The position numbers and the translations under genes were made by a program. The notes under the pieces were generated by a model. That model was not told where the DNA came from. It searched no databases and saw only the letters and a list, made by a program, of their open reading frames with translations. Below, piece after piece: positions 15,531-26,390 of a stretch of 32,000 nt of DNA. The first letter of the stretch is position 1, and each line of letters starts with the position of its first letter. Source of the DNA: Thermodesulfobacteriota bacterium (lineage in GTDB: Bacteria > Desulfobacterota > WTBG01 > JAGOGO01); assembly GCA_026625185.1 (NCBI GenBank), contig CP113000.1:1005622-1037621 (forward strand). The letters are read 5' to 3'.

Positions 15531-16634
15531 TTACCATTTAAACTGGGTAGTTGTTCTCCAGGTGGTCATCGCCAGGCGATAATCATCAATATGCTGATGA
15601 GTGAATGTGATACCTGCCTGATCAAAGAACCTTTCCCAGCCGATTCTTTCAATCCACTCCCCAATCCGCTCATATTTTTGAGCGCCTTTTGCGTAAGCTT
15701 CAACTATTTTCTTTATCGCTTTTACCGTAGAAGGCCAGCGCGGGGGCTCATTGGGAAGAAAGGGAATCGCTAACTTGGAAAATTTAGGGGCAGTGCGAGA
15801 ATTAGAGACTTTACCGCCAACCCATAGAGCGATCCCATCACCTTCATAGTCAGCTAAAGGCATCGCGGAACACATGGTGTAACAGTTGCCGCAGAACATG
15901 CAGCGCTCTTCATTAACTACCACGGTTTTTACTTCTTTTCCCTCGATTGTCTTCTTGGCGGGTTTAATTGCTGCGGTAGGACAAGCGGCAATCGCGAGCG
16001 GAACTTCGCAGACTGCATCCAAGCGGTTATCTTCAACCAGAGGCGGCTTCCGGTGAATTCCCAGAATGGAAATATCCGAACAATGGACCGCACCGCACAT
16101 ATTGAGACAACACGCTAATGAAATGCGAACCTGAGCCGGAAGCTTCATTGAGGTAAAATAGTCAAACAGATCATCCATGACTGCTTTAACAACACCAGAG
16201 GCATCAATTGCCGGAGTATGGCAGTGAAGCCATCCTTGGGTATGGACGATATTGGTAATTCCGGCACCCGTTCCACCGATAGGAAATTTATTTCCACGGC
16301 TCTTTAAGTCTTTCTTTAAAGGCTCAAGTTTTGATTTATCGCTTACCAAAAACTCGACGTTATTTCTGGTGGTAAACCGAAGATGACCATCGCAGTACTT
16401 GTCTGCAATGTCACAGATTTCCCGGATATGGTCTACACTCATCACCCTCGTTCCCCCAACCCGAACAGTGTAAAGCTCAGCTCCGGATTCTGCTACGTGG
16501 ACTAAAACCCCGGGCTCAAGAATCTCGTGATATTTCCACTGTCCGTAGTTATCTTTCACAACCGGAGGAAGAAAATCATGATAATCCGGAGGCCCGATGT
16601 CTGTAATTCGATCTTGATATTTCTTTTCAGTCAT
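15531..16634 (-). CDS. dsrB: Dissimilatory sulfite reductase beta subunit
   Basis: 367 aa. Features: [12 protein letters not shown], the siroheme/[4Fe-4S] Cys motifs, a ferredoxin-like insert (CPTAAI...[10 protein letters not shown]), and the C-terminus [17 protein letters not shown] lies 7 nt upstream of the ATG, and the gene starts 13 nt after the dsrA stop. Confidence 0.95.
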   Translation of the reverse strand: MTEKKYQDRITDIGPPDYHDFLPPVVKDNYGQWKYHEILEPGVLVHVAESGAELYTVRVGGTRVMSVDHIREICDIADKYCDGHLRFTTRNNVEFLVSDKSKLEPLKKDLKSRGNKFPIGGTGAGITNIVHTQGWLHCHTPAIDASGVVKAVMDDLFDYFTSMKLPAQVRISLACCLNMCGAVHCSDISILGIHRKPPLVEDNRLDAVCEVPLAIAACPTAAIKPAKKTIEGKEVKTVVVNEERCMFCGNCYTMCSAMPLADYEGDGIALWVGGKVSNSRTAPKFSKLAIPFLPNEPPRWPSTVKAIKKIVEAYAKGAQKYERIGEWIERIGWERFFDQAGITFTHQHIDDYRLAMTTWRTTTQFKW

Positions 16635-16647
16635 TTTTATACCTCCT

Positions 16648-17922
16648 CTATGCCTTATGTCTCATACGATATTCTTCAGCACTCCTTTTCCAGCCACCCT
16701 CAACTTCTTCTTCTTTGAAGAAAATGTACGGGTTGTATCGTGGAGTGTTGATCATTCGCGGATCCGGTTGCAGACCCATTGTTTCCAAAAAGTTTCTCAA
16801 ACCCACACGCTGGATTAATTCACCCAGACGCTCCCGGTTTTTGCCGTTTTCATCCCACCATTCCCATAATTTTTCAATAAATTCTTTGAATTCATCATAC
16901 GGTGGTTCCATCTTGATAAACGGAATGACCACACTGGAGAGCTGAGCCCCTTCAAGAATAGGAGCTTTAGCACCAAGCAAAATGGTCGCGCCGGTCTCTT
17001 TTCCGGGTCGCAACGCGCGAGGCATCACATTAATACAATGCATGCATCGGGTACATTCCTTATCATTAATTTTCAATTCTTTGCCATCCCACCACATGCA
17101 GTTGGTAGGACAAAGATCTGTCACCCATTTTTGGATATCGAGCTTTTCTGGACCGGTTCCATGCGCATTGCCATTGGGCGCAAATTCTCCGGCTGCATAG
17201 GCCCTTACTGCTTCCGGGTCAATGCGAATATTGTCCTTCCAGGTTCCTATAATTGAACAATCCGCCCGCGCAATTGCGGCCACGCAGTCGTTGGGACATG
17301 CAGAACATTTAATCTTAAATTTGTAGGGCCAGGCCGGGCGGTGCAACTCATCCTGGAAGGTCCGGGTAAGATTAAAAATAATATCCTGGCTATCAATACA
17401 TGCCCACTCGCATCGAGACATTCCCAGACAGGCCGCGGGAGTACGGAGTGCTGAACCCGAACCGCCGATGTCCATATTCGCTTGATGGGTTAAATCCTGA
17501 AAACAGGGCTCCAGCTTATCCGTGGTGGTTCCCAAAAGAATAATATCCCCTGTGGAACCATGCATATTGGTTATGCCGCTTCCATGCTCTTCCCAAATAT
17601 CACAAACTTTCCGGAGCCGTTCAGAAGTATAGTATTTTCCCGTGGGCTGGTTTACCCGCATGGTGTGGAAGTGAGCAATATTAGGAAAAAGATCAGGTCG
17701 GTCGCAGTAACGACCAATTACCCCGCCGCCATATCCCATAACACCCACAATACCGCCATGCTTCCAATGGCCTTCCTTTTCTTTATATGAAAGCTCCATG
17801 AGACCCAAAAGGTCGTCGCAAGCAGGCTTCTTTTCTGCCATTTTTTTAATATCCGTGACAAAGCTTGGCCACGGTCCCTTCTCGAGTTCATCGAGCAGGG
17901 GGGTTTTATGTTTCAATGCCAT
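16648..17922 (-). CDS. dsrA: Dissimilatory sulfite reductase alpha subunit
   Basis: The N-terminus [22 protein letters not shown] is canonical for DsrA. A ferredoxin domain is present (CPNDCVAA...[12 protein letters not shown]). The second ATG (17922) has AGGAGG 8 nt upstream, so the 17928 start is disfavoured. Confidence 0.95.
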   Translation of the reverse strand: MALKHKTPLLDELEKGPWPSFVTDIKKMAEKKPACDDLLGLMELSYKEKEGHWKHGGIVGVMGYGGGVIGRYCDRPDLFPNIAHFHTMRVNQPTGKYYTSERLRKVCDIWEEHGSGITNMHGSTGDIILLGTTTDKLEPCFQDLTHQANMDIGGSGSALRTPAACLGMSRCEWACIDSQDIIFNLTRTFQDELHRPAWPYKFKIKCSACPNDCVAAIARADCSIIGTWKDNIRIDPEAVRAYAAGEFAPNGNAHGTGPEKLDIQKWVTDLCPTNCMWWDGKELKINDKECTRCMHCINVMPRALRPGKETGATILLGAKAPILEGAQLSSVVIPFIKMEPPYDEFKEFIEKLWEWWDENGKNRERLGELIQRVGLRNFLETMGLQPDPRMINTPRYNPYIFFKEEEVEGGWKRSAEEYRMRHKA

Positions 17923-18208
17923 TAACATTACCTCCTGATATCAATCTTAAAAAGTTATTAAAACTTCTCTCTGGACCTAAGTAATGTAACCCACCTCCTT
18001 CCCCTGCAGTTACAAACTTGATTTTGCTGATAAGAATATTTTTAGACTTTTTATATTAGTTTTAAAGACATATAAACAATAGCGAGGCATTAAAGATAAA
18101 AATAACATAAGAAAGTTGAGGTTCAATGATAAAAATCATTCAATTTGATGACAAAAATCAAAATTTTGCATTTATCATTACTTGCTTATCCTCCTTCAAT
18201 TTTTTGAT

Positions 18209-20131
18209 TTAGCCGGCTTGTTTTCGCTCCCGAAGCATACGCACATCTCCTTTCCTCATAGTAACTTTTTCCCGGTCAAAATATTCAAGCAAGGGGATAG
18301 CATATTTTCTCGTTACCCCCGTTATTTCTTTAAAATTACCAGGGGTAAGCTCTTTATTTTTTTCTAAAAAAAATATCAGCTTTTTTTTAAGTTCAACAAT
18401 TTGCTCTTTTAAAAAATAAAGGTCATCTTTTACCCTAATAAGCTTCCCCTCAGTTACTAACAGGCCAAGAAGGTTCTTTATTTCTTCTGGGGAAACCGAA
18501 ACCTGGGTGGCAAATTCCCGAACCGTAGGGGGAGTGAGTCCATGGGTGCGCAGTGCGGCTTCTATCTCGTTTTTTAGTTTAACCTGCTCATCCTTCAGGG
18601 ATACTTTGTGACTGGTCTGGTGAATCACCACACCCGAGACCTCAATGTCCCCCTTTGTTTTTAGCTCATTAATAAGGTATTTAAAAAGCTCTTCAGACAC
18701 TCTTCTTCCGAGCCGTTGTCGCGCTTCCTCCAAAGGGAGTCCTGGTTTTAAAGGATGGTTTTTATGAAAGTCCTGAAGAAGCGTTTTTAGCCGTTGTTCA
18801 TGGTTAACCAAGATTTCTTTATGGAAAACGTGCTGGGTCTCCGGATTAACCTCAACCAGCGTTTTTGATTGCAGAAGGCTTTTCCAAACTTTTTCGATCT
18901 CTTTTGGGAGAGCGGAAATTCTACGCAATACCTCTTTTTGAGTTATGCCCTCTAAGCCATTAGTTAAGGCCAGTGTGGTTAAAATAGTCTCAAGGTCCTT
19001 GGCGTGTAAAATTTTAAACCAATCCCTGGTCGCTGGATCATTTCGCCTGTGTTTCTGAGGATGCGGGTCTAATACTTCCCCTCCCCCAATTGTTCGGCTG
19101 GCATCGATATTCCTGATAACAAACCGCACGCCAGGGATAGTTGTCATGGGTTCAGAAAAACGAACTTGGGCAAAATACTCACCGTCTGGCTCCAAAACAT
19201 TCCCTTCATAGCTAATTACCCGAGCTAAGGTTTGAGTGGCAAAAAGATGAAAACGGATTTCATCACCGTGTTTAATTGGTTGGGGAATATCCGGTAAAAT
19301 TTTCAGCCAAACATCAAACCGAAAAGAAGGCTCGATCGTTCCAGGGTGGGAAAGAATGTCTCCTCGTTTAAAAAAACTTTTCTCAACCCCCTGCAGATTA
19401 ATAGCAGTTCTTTGACCGGCATGGGCGGTTTCTATTTGGGAATTGTGAACCTGAATTCCACGCACCTTTGCTTGCAACCTTTCAGGGAGTATTTCTATGG
19501 TTTCACCAATGCCGATTTCCCCGGAAATTAAGGTCCCGGTTACAACCGTACCAAAGCCTTTCATCGAGAACACTCGATCAATCGGCAAAAAAGCAAGTCC
19601 CCCGGAAAAATTTTTTTTAATTTTGGGGACCAGCGCTTCCAGGGTAGAAATCAGTTGAGGAATCCCCTTTCCGGTAAGCGCCGAGACCGACACTATCGGC
19701 GCTCCTTCAAGAAAGGTTCCCTTGACAAGTTTCAAGAGGTCCTCCTTAATTAACTCCACCCATTCGGGCTCAACGAGGTCAATCTTGGTAAGGGCAATCA
19801 GACCATATTTAATATCGAGAAGCTGACAAATCTCAAGGTGCTCCCGTGTCTGAGGCATTACTCCATCATCAGCCGATACTACCAGCATTACCAAATCAAT
19901 CCCTCCGGCGCCCGCAATCATTCGTTTAATAAATTTTTCGTGCCCCGGAACATCGACCACTCCGACCATTTGGTCCCCTGGAATGCTTAAAGAGGTAAAC
20001 CCCAGCTCAATCGTTATCCCCCTTTTCTTCTCCTCCTTGAGCCGGTCTAAATCCACACCGGTAAGTGCTTTTATTAATGCTGTCTTCCCATGATCAATAT
20101 GTCCGGCAGTACCTAAAATAATATTCGTCAT
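18209..20131 (-). CDS. selB: Selenocysteine-specific translation elongation factor SelB
   Basis: GTPase motifs are AGHIDHGKT, DVPGHEKF and TKID. A long C-terminal extension of winged-helix repeats brings the total to 640 aa. Confidence 0.9.
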   Translation of the reverse strand: MTNIILGTAGHIDHGKTALIKALTGVDLDRLKEEKKRGITIELGFTSLSIPGDQMVGVVDVPGHEKFIKRMIAGAGGIDLVMLVVSADDGVMPQTREHLEICQLLDIKYGLIALTKIDLVEPEWVELIKEDLLKLVKGTFLEGAPIVSVSALTGKGIPQLISTLEALVPKIKKNFSGGLAFLPIDRVFSMKGFGTVVTGTLISGEIGIGETIEILPERLQAKVRGIQVHNSQIETAHAGQRTAINLQGVEKSFFKRGDILSHPGTIEPSFRFDVWLKILPDIPQPIKHGDEIRFHLFATQTLARVISYEGNVLEPDGEYFAQVRFSEPMTTIPGVRFVIRNIDASRTIGGGEVLDPHPQKHRRNDPATRDWFKILHAKDLETILTTLALTNGLEGITQKEVLRRISALPKEIEKVWKSLLQSKTLVEVNPETQHVFHKEILVNHEQRLKTLLQDFHKNHPLKPGLPLEEARQRLGRRVSEELFKYLINELKTKGDIEVSGVVIHQTSHKVSLKDEQVKLKNEIEAALRTHGLTPPTVREFATQVSVSPEEIKNLLGLLVTEGKLIRVKDDLYFLKEQIVELKKKLIFFLEKNKELTPGNFKEITGVTRKYAIPLLEYFDREKVTMRKGDVRMLRERKQAG

Positions 20132-20271
20132 GATTGTATAGTGCTGGAAGGGGTTGCTTTGTTAGATTTGATGATACAGAACTAATTAAAAATATCAGAT
20201 AGAGGGGAAAATAGCAAGGCGTGATGGGAAATTTTAGAAAAGGGGATGAGTTTTATTATTTAATAAGCACA

Positions 20272-20685
20272 TTATTCCTCTATTTCTTCACTTTCCTTTA
20301 TAACACTGCGGTAACGAAGGCTATCATCCTGATTTCGCAGATATTTTTCTTCTTTTTCGATCTTGCTTTGACAAGCAATGCAGTACCGGGCAAAAGGCAT
20401 AACTTTTACTCTCCCTTCAGCAATTTTAGAACCGCAGTTTTCGCAAATCCCGTAAGTACCTTCCTCAATCCGTTCTAAGGCTTCATCAATAAGCTCAAGC
20501 TTTTCCCGGTCACGGTTACAAAGAAGTATCGAAAATTGCCTTTCACGTTCGTCATCAGCTAAATCATACATATCGGCAATAGCCTCTTGAAGGTGGCTGA
20601 TCTCCATTTTCATATTGGAAGCAATTTCCTGAAGCAAATTTTCTTTCAGTTTTAACAACATATCAGTTATTTCATTTTTATTCAT
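20272..20685 (-). CDS. DksA/TraR-family C4 zinc-finger protein
   Basis: A coiled-coil N-terminus is followed by CENCGSKI...(x17)...CIACQ, a four-Cys zinc finger. Confidence 0.8.
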   Translation of the reverse strand: MNKNEITDMLLKLKENLLQEIASNMKMEISHLQEAIADMYDLADDERERQFSILLCNRDREKLELIDEALERIEEGTYGICENCGSKIAEGRVKVMPFARYCIACQSKIEKEEKYLRNQDDSLRYRSVIKESEEIEE

Positions 20686-20802
20686 ATGCTCTCCCTTAGG
20701 ATAAGGATGACCCCTTTTTTAAAAATGAAAGGCAATATTACCTAAAAAAATACTTTTGTCAATTAAATTGGTCTGATTTTTTTAAATTCTCTGAGCCTGA
20801 AA

Positions 20803-22167
20803 CTAAATTTTTAAAATTGCAGGGTTGGACAGGGAGCAGACTTTCCCCTCAAGATTATAAACCCCGGTATTGGTAACCAGGATATTATAAATTTCTCCAG
20901 GAATTAAAATGGGATATTTGGTTATGACTCTGGTTTTTCCATCTACTTCAGGAGCCTGTGAAGCTATTCTTCCACTTACCCCGGATCTTTCTTTTTTTTC
21001 GACCAAGAACCTTTGAACCTTGCCCATAAACTTTTTATTTTTCCCCCGTGAGATTTTTGCCTGAAGGCTCATAAGATCTCTTCGTCGTTTTTCTTTTATC
21101 ATTCCAGTAAGTTGACCGGGTAGCTTGGCTGCCGCAGTCCCCGCTTCCTGGGAATAAGCAAAAACCCCGAGATGGTCAAACTTAACGCGTTTAACCAAGG
21201 CAGCTAATTCATTAAACTGTTTTGAAGTTTCTCCTGGAAATCCTACCATTAAGGTCGTTCGAATGGTTGCCTCAGGAATAGTAGTTCGGATTTTATCGAT
21301 AAGGTCATAGATAAACTGAGGATTATTCTTTCGTCGCATCGCTTTCAGGATCGCGGGATTAATATGCTGCAGAGGGATATCGAAATACTTGCAAATCTTC
21401 TCTTCTTCCTTAATAACCTTTATAAGCTTATCACTAATATTTTGCGGGTTAGCATAAAGCAGGCGGATCCATTCAATACCTTCAACTTCAGCCAACCTGC
21501 GAAGCAAAAATGGCAAATCAACTTTGGGGGAAAGGTCCCGTCCATACATGGTGGTATCCTGAGCAATAAGATTTATCTCCTTTACTCCCTGAGCAGATAA
21601 GTTCAAAGCCTCATTTATGACTGAGTCAGGGTAACGGCTACGAAAACGGCCCCGAATTTTGGGAATAATACAAAAGGAGCAACCATGAGAACAACCTTCG
21701 GCAATTTTGATATAAGCGCTTCCGGGAAAAGAAGTATTAACCCGATCGGTCCTATCATCATAGAGGTAGTAAGGCTTCCCCAAGTAAAATTGGGAAGCGG
21801 TTTTTGTTTCCCTCAGGGACTCAACCACTTCCCTGATCCGATAAAATTCTCCGGTGCCGATAAACACATCTACTTCAGGAAGAAGCTTTGACAATGATTT
21901 GCCGTATCGCTGAGGCAAACACCCGGTAACAACCAAATACTTACACCTTCCGGATTTTTTATACTGCGCAAGCTCAAAAATGGTTTCGAGCGCTTCTTCT
22001 TTTGCCGCATTAATAAAAGAACAGGTATTGATGATAATAATTTCTGCCTGTGCAGGTAGTATAGCAACCGGATACTGAGCTTTAAGCAAAGCACCCAGCA
22101 TGACCTGGCTATCCACAAGATTTTTGGCGCAACCAAGGCTTACTAAATAAACAGCGGGGTACGACAT
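20803..22167 (-). CDS. rimO: Radical SAM methylthiotransferase, RimO-like (ribosomal protein S12 D88 methylthiotransferase)
   Basis: The N-terminal MTTase domain reads SLGCAKNLVDSQ. The radical SAM motif is CSHGCSFC. A C-terminal TRAM-like domain is present. Length is 454 aa. Confidence 0.8.
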   Translation of the reverse strand: MSYPAVYLVSLGCAKNLVDSQVMLGALLKAQYPVAILPAQAEIIIINTCSFINAAKEEALETIFELAQYKKSGRCKYLVVTGCLPQRYGKSLSKLLPEVDVFIGTGEFYRIREVVESLRETKTASQFYLGKPYYLYDDRTDRVNTSFPGSAYIKIAEGCSHGCSFCIIPKIRGRFRSRYPDSVINEALNLSAQGVKEINLIAQDTTMYGRDLSPKVDLPFLLRRLAEVEGIEWIRLLYANPQNISDKLIKVIKEEEKICKYFDIPLQHINPAILKAMRRKNNPQFIYDLIDKIRTTIPEATIRTTLMVGFPGETSKQFNELAALVKRVKFDHLGVFAYSQEAGTAAAKLPGQLTGMIKEKRRRDLMSLQAKISRGKNKKFMGKVQRFLVEKKERSGVSGRIASQAPEVDGKTRVITKYPILIPGEIYNILVTNTGVYNLEGKVCSLSNPAILKI

Positions 22168-22171
22168 GGAA

Positions 22172-22849
22172 TTATTGCCCGATGTCTGATGACGGAGGCT
22201 CTACCACCTCAACACCCTCAGGGGGAATGAACTCAAAGCACTGAGGAGAGATTTTTTTATTTTCTTTTATCTTGCTTAAAACCAATCGGGTATAATTTCC
22301 GGAATCATAATAAAGCGTAACGGTTTTGACCTGATAATTTTTTCTATCCACGGTAATAAGCGCATCGCGAAGCTCTGACAACTTATCTTTAAGAATAAGC
22401 TTTAAGGAAAGATCAGAAGCGCCTTCCTGCGTGCAGTCTTTGATAACGAAATCTTTCTCCAGATTTTCCATCGTGGCAAGAAGGTTGATGAAAGGATGGT
22501 GTAAAAAATCAGGCGACACCTTGTTTTTAACAACCTGGCTATTTGCCGGGGTGCAGATCCATAGATACTGACCGTCAAAAGTCTGCCGTTGTGACGCCGG
22601 ATAAGAAACTTCCATATTAAAAAGGTTCGGTTTTTTAAGATAAATCTTCCCGCGAAACTCACGGGATTGGTCTAATGAAGCGATATAGTTAGTCTGCACA
22701 AAGTCCGCTTCAACCGAATTAACGGCTTTATACTTTTGTTGGACCAAGGCAACAACATCCTCATCCCCCTTTATTTCCTTCACAATAAAGGGAAGAGCGC
22801 TTAAAACAAAGAGCGTCATAATAAAATACAAAACATATTTTGTTTTCAT
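22172..22849 (-). CDS. lolA: LolA-like outer-membrane lipoprotein carrier protein
   Basis: It has a signal peptide and the pattern A.F.Q...........G.IYLKKPN.F......P..Q....DG..LW...P. It sits in the conserved position downstream of ftsK. Confidence 0.75.
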   Translation of the reverse strand: MKTKYVLYFIMTLFVLSALPFIVKEIKGDEDVVALVQQKYKAVNSVEADFVQTNYIASLDQSREFRGKIYLKKPNLFNMEVSYPASQRQTFDGQYLWICTPANSQVVKNKVSPDFLHHPFINLLATMENLEKDFVIKDCTQEGASDLSLKLILKDKLSELRDALITVDRKNYQVKTVTLYYDSGNYTRLVLSKIKENKKISPQCFEFIPPEGVEVVEPPSSDIGQ

Positions 22850-22853
22850 AGTC

Positions 22854-25085
22854 CTAAATATCCACCATCTTTCTTAATACTTCTCTCGGTTTGACACCAT
22901 CACTGGGGCCGACAATTCCATCTTCCTCCATTTTTTCTATCATTCGAGCGGCCCGGTTATATCCGATCCGGAGTTTCCTTTGGATCAAGGAGATGGAAGC
23001 CTGGCCCAGGTTAGTCACCAAAACCACTGCCTCACGGTACTTTTCATCCGTAACCTCAGCCGAGTCATCCGACGTTTCTTCCGCAACCTCCAAGTGGAGC
23101 TCCTGATACTCCGGTTTGGCTTGCTCCTTAAGAAACTCCACGATCCTCAAGATTTCATCATCAGAGAGAAAAGGTCCCTGGAGCCGTTTAATTCTTCCGC
23201 TCCGGGGAGAAAGGAAAAGCATATCGCCCTGGTTAAGAAGGTTCTCCGCTCCATTGCAGTCCAGAATTATCCGTGAATCTGTTTTAGTAGACAGCCGGAA
23301 AGATATTCTCGCGGGAAAATTGGCTTTTATGGTTCCGGTTACGATGTCAACCGAGGGTCGCTGCGTGGCAACTAAAAGATGGATGCCCGCGGCCCGCGCC
23401 ATTTGGGCTAAGCGGGCAAGCAGCCACTCTACTTCCCGGGTGGCTACGGTCATAAGATTAGCCAATTCGTCAATCACAATCACAATCCAGGGCATCTTCT
23501 GGGGGGGCACCTCCTCTCCGTTTTCCGCAGAATCAGCAAGCAGCATGCTTGCTTGAGACTTTAACACCTTCTGGTTATAAACCCAGATATCCCGCGCACC
23601 CATTCTCGCCAGCGAATGATACCGCCGTTCCATCTCCTCAACCGCCCACCGGAGCGCTTCAGCTGCCTGTTTAGCATCAGTTACCACCGGGTAAATAAGG
23701 TGAGGAATATCTTCATAAAGAGTAAGCTCCGAACGCTTGGGATCAATAAAAAGAAGCTTTACATCCGTGGGCAGAGCCTTATACAGAATCGAGCAGATCA
23801 TTGAATTGATAAACACGCTCTTGCCTGAGCCGGTGGTGCCCGCGATTAAAAGATGAGGCATTTTGGCTAAGTCAGCAATAATCGGCATTCCGTAGATATC
23901 TTTGCCCATGCCCAGGGTTAAGGGCGATTCATTTTGAAGAAATTTCTCCTGCCCGACAATCTCTTTAAAAAAAACCGTCTCCCGATTCTTGTTGGGTATC
24001 TCCACTCCAATCGCTCCCCTCCCCGGAATAGGCGCGATGATTCTGATTCCCATGGCTTTAAGCCCCAAAGCCAAGTCGTCAGCTAAGTTAACAATCCGGT
24101 TGATTTTAACGCCAGGCGCGGGCTCAAGCTCATACAGCGTTACCACGGGACCGGGGTGGACGTTTACCACCGTGGCTTGGACGCCAAAATCATTGAGTTT
24201 ATTTTCCAGAAGCCGCGAGTTTTGAAGAAGAAATTCCCTCTCGATTTGGGTAACCTCCCTTTGAGGATCATGGAGCAAGGTAAGCGGAGGAAGCTTAAAA
24301 CCCGAAGGCCGTATCGGTTGAGGAGATGGATTGGGTTGCTCCGGTGGAATCTTGTCAGGTGCCGGAGGAGCAATAATTACCGGTTCCTTTTGGATGATCT
24401 GCGGCTTTTCCCTTTCCCGAAAAAGAGGGAGTGGTTCTTTTTCTTTGAGTGGCTTTGTTTCCGCCCTATCGGTTTTCTTCTTAGTAAAAATTTTCTTACC
24501 CGTTTGAAAAAGAAAAAACAACCCTTTTCCCAAAAAAGTTAAACCAATAAAAATAAACCGTCCCAGCCGGTTAAAGGAAAGGTTGGTGTACAGCCGCAAG
24601 CAAAGCACCAAAACGAGGGTTAAAAGAATATTGGCGCCTGGTTTATTTAAATATTTTATAAGAAAATCAGAAACAATCAAGCCGAGCAATCCACCCGCGT
24701 TTCCCGAAAAATTGAAAAACGTGACTTTTCCCAAATTGAGGTTTATTAGCCCTGAAGTTGAAAACATGAGGCCAAGAAAACTTAAAACCTTAAGCGGCCG
24801 GAAAGAAAATTTAAGGGTAATAAAAAGCCGGACCGAAAGATGGAAAACAGCCACTACCAGCAGAAAAGCGCTAAAACCAAACCCTTGGAACAAAAGAGCG
24901 GAAAGATTGGAGCCAATTATTCCTAATAAGTTATGAATCTTTTGCGGGTGGTTAGTATAATAGAATAACGAATGATCTTTATCGTAATAGGAAATAAGGC
25001 TTAGAAACATTACTAAGCTAACGCTAAAAAGAACGACGGAGAGAATTTCGTTTCGCAGAGAGGATGGTTTTTGAGATTTTCTCAT
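22854..25085 (-). CDS. ftsK: DNA translocase FtsK/SpoIIIE
   Basis: It has N-terminal TM helices, a Pro-rich linker, and a motor domain with Walker A GTTGSGKS and Walker B VIVIDELA. The C-terminal gamma domain reads LIQRKLRIGYNRAARMIE.ME..GIVGP. The start at 25085 (MRKSQ) avoids overlapping the upstream gene. Confidence 0.9.
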   Translation of the reverse strand: MRKSQKPSSLRNEILSVVLFSVSLVMFLSLISYYDKDHSLFYYTNHPQKIHNLLGIIGSNLSALLFQGFGFSAFLLVVAVFHLSVRLFITLKFSFRPLKVLSFLGLMFSTSGLINLNLGKVTFFNFSGNAGGLLGLIVSDFLIKYLNKPGANILLTLVLVLCLRLYTNLSFNRLGRFIFIGLTFLGKGLFFLFQTGKKIFTKKKTDRAETKPLKEKEPLPLFREREKPQIIQKEPVIIAPPAPDKIPPEQPNPSPQPIRPSGFKLPPLTLLHDPQREVTQIEREFLLQNSRLLENKLNDFGVQATVVNVHPGPVVTLYELEPAPGVKINRIVNLADDLALGLKAMGIRIIAPIPGRGAIGVEIPNKNRETVFFKEIVGQEKFLQNESPLTLGMGKDIYGMPIIADLAKMPHLLIAGTTGSGKSVFINSMICSILYKALPTDVKLLFIDPKRSELTLYEDIPHLIYPVVTDAKQAAEALRWAVEEMERRYHSLARMGARDIWVYNQKVLKSQASMLLADSAENGEEVPPQKMPWIVIVIDELANLMTVATREVEWLLARLAQMARAAGIHLLVATQRPSVDIVTGTIKANFPARISFRLSTKTDSRIILDCNGAENLLNQGDMLFLSPRSGRIKRLQGPFLSDDEILRIVEFLKEQAKPEYQELHLEVAEETSDDSAEVTDEKYREAVVLVTNLGQASISLIQRKLRIGYNRAARMIEKMEEDGIVGPSDGVKPREVLRKMVDI

Positions 25086-25128
25086 GAGTACGAATTGCCT
25101 GTGTTGCCCCGAGAAAGTTATTCCGCGG

Positions 25129-26151
25129 TTAAAAACTTCCCCCATTAAGGATATAGTTTTGTTTTTGAATGGCTTTTTTTAATTCCTCTTTTGCTACCGA
25201 GGCCGTGCCAACCTTTTTAATCACAATTCCCGCGGCATAGTTCGCTATCAAAGCAGCAACTCTTTTCGAGGCTCCGGTGGCTAGCGCTAAGGTGAGGGCG
25301 CTTACAACCGTATCCCCAGCACCGGTCACATCATAGACCTCCGTTGCTAACGTTGGGATGTGGGCAAAAGATCCGTTTTTTTCAACCAAGGTCATTCCCT
25401 GCTCTCCTCGGGTAATCAGGACCGATTCACATCCAATCCTTTTTTGCAGGAAAAAAGCCGCGCGGGACGCATCCTTATCACTAAGAATTTTTACCCCACT
25501 CGCTTCGCCGGCTTCCTTTTGGTTAGGAGTGATCATGGTAACGCCTTTATAAATATCAATATGCTCCACCTTAGGGTCCACAATTACGGGCTTCATATCT
25601 TTTTTGCACAAGTTAATTATCTCTTCTACCAACTCCCGAGACAATAGGCCCTTGTCATAATCGGACAAAATGACCGCATGAATGTCTGAAAAAATTCTTT
25701 TGCAGTAAGAAATAATCCTTTTTTGGATAGAAGTGTTTAACGGGGTGTTTTCTTCACGGTCAAACCGAACCACTTGCTGGTTATGCGCAATAATTCGGGT
25801 CTTTAGCGTTGTCGGTCGCTGGTGCGATAAAATGATTCCCCCCGTGCTTATGCCTAACGCCCGAAGATCATGAGCGATCTTTCTTCCCATCTCATCATCT
25901 CCCGCAACCCCGGCAACATAAACTTTTCCACCCAAGGTATGGATGTTGTGGACCACATTAGCCGCTCCGCCTAAGTGGAAGCTTTCATCAGTCACCTTAA
26001 CTACCGGCACCGGCGCCTCTGGCGATATCCGGTTAACACTGCCCCAGATAAAATGGTCGATCATTAAATCTCCGATAACCATAATTCTGGCCTGGGGAAA
26101 GTTATCAATGTGGGTTAAAAGGGCTTTTTTGGGAATAAGTCTTTTCATCAC
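25129..26151 (-). CDS. hldA: D-glycero-beta-D-manno-heptose-7-phosphate kinase (RfaE/HldE domain I, PfkB family)
   Basis: Motifs are MVIGDLMIDHF.WG...RISPEAPVPVV, GGAANV..N...LG and the C-terminal TGAGDT. Confidence 0.85.
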   Translation of the reverse strand: MMKRLIPKKALLTHIDNFPQARIMVIGDLMIDHFIWGSVNRISPEAPVPVVKVTDESFHLGGAANVVHNIHTLGGKVYVAGVAGDDEMGRKIAHDLRALGISTGGIILSHQRPTTLKTRIIAHNQQVVRFDREENTPLNTSIQKRIISYCKRIFSDIHAVILSDYDKGLLSRELVEEIINLCKKDMKPVIVDPKVEHIDIYKGVTMITPNQKEAGEASGVKILSDKDASRAAFFLQKRIGCESVLITRGEQGMTLVEKNGSFAHIPTLATEVYDVTGAGDTVVSALTLALATGASKRVAALIANYAAGIVIKKVGTASVAKEELKKAIQKQNYILNGGSF

Positions 26152-26390
26152 GGCTTCAAAATAAAATAGTATAATCTGAAAATGTTACATAACTTGGTGT
26201 TAAAGTCAATTTTTTCTGGACAGAAGCCCTGAAAAAATCCTACTTCATCAACTTATCGTGAAAATCTGTAAAAGCAAAAAAGTGTATTGACATTTTTGAT
26301 TTTTTTTTGATATGTTACTTTCCCATACAGAAGGTTAATGAATTGGCGAAGGGAAGAGGATATGAAACCAATTAAAGGAAATGGGTTTGT

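Noticed and set aside
17990-18208. AT-rich inverted repeats upstream of dsrA (TTGAT-N7-ATCAA; AATGAT-TTTT-ATCATT), considered as a Fur-box-like operator
   Set aside because: The spacing (4 nt between half-sites) does not fit the Fur 19-bp consensus. The region is so AT-rich that short palindromes are expected by chance. I retain it only as a generic dsrA promoter region.
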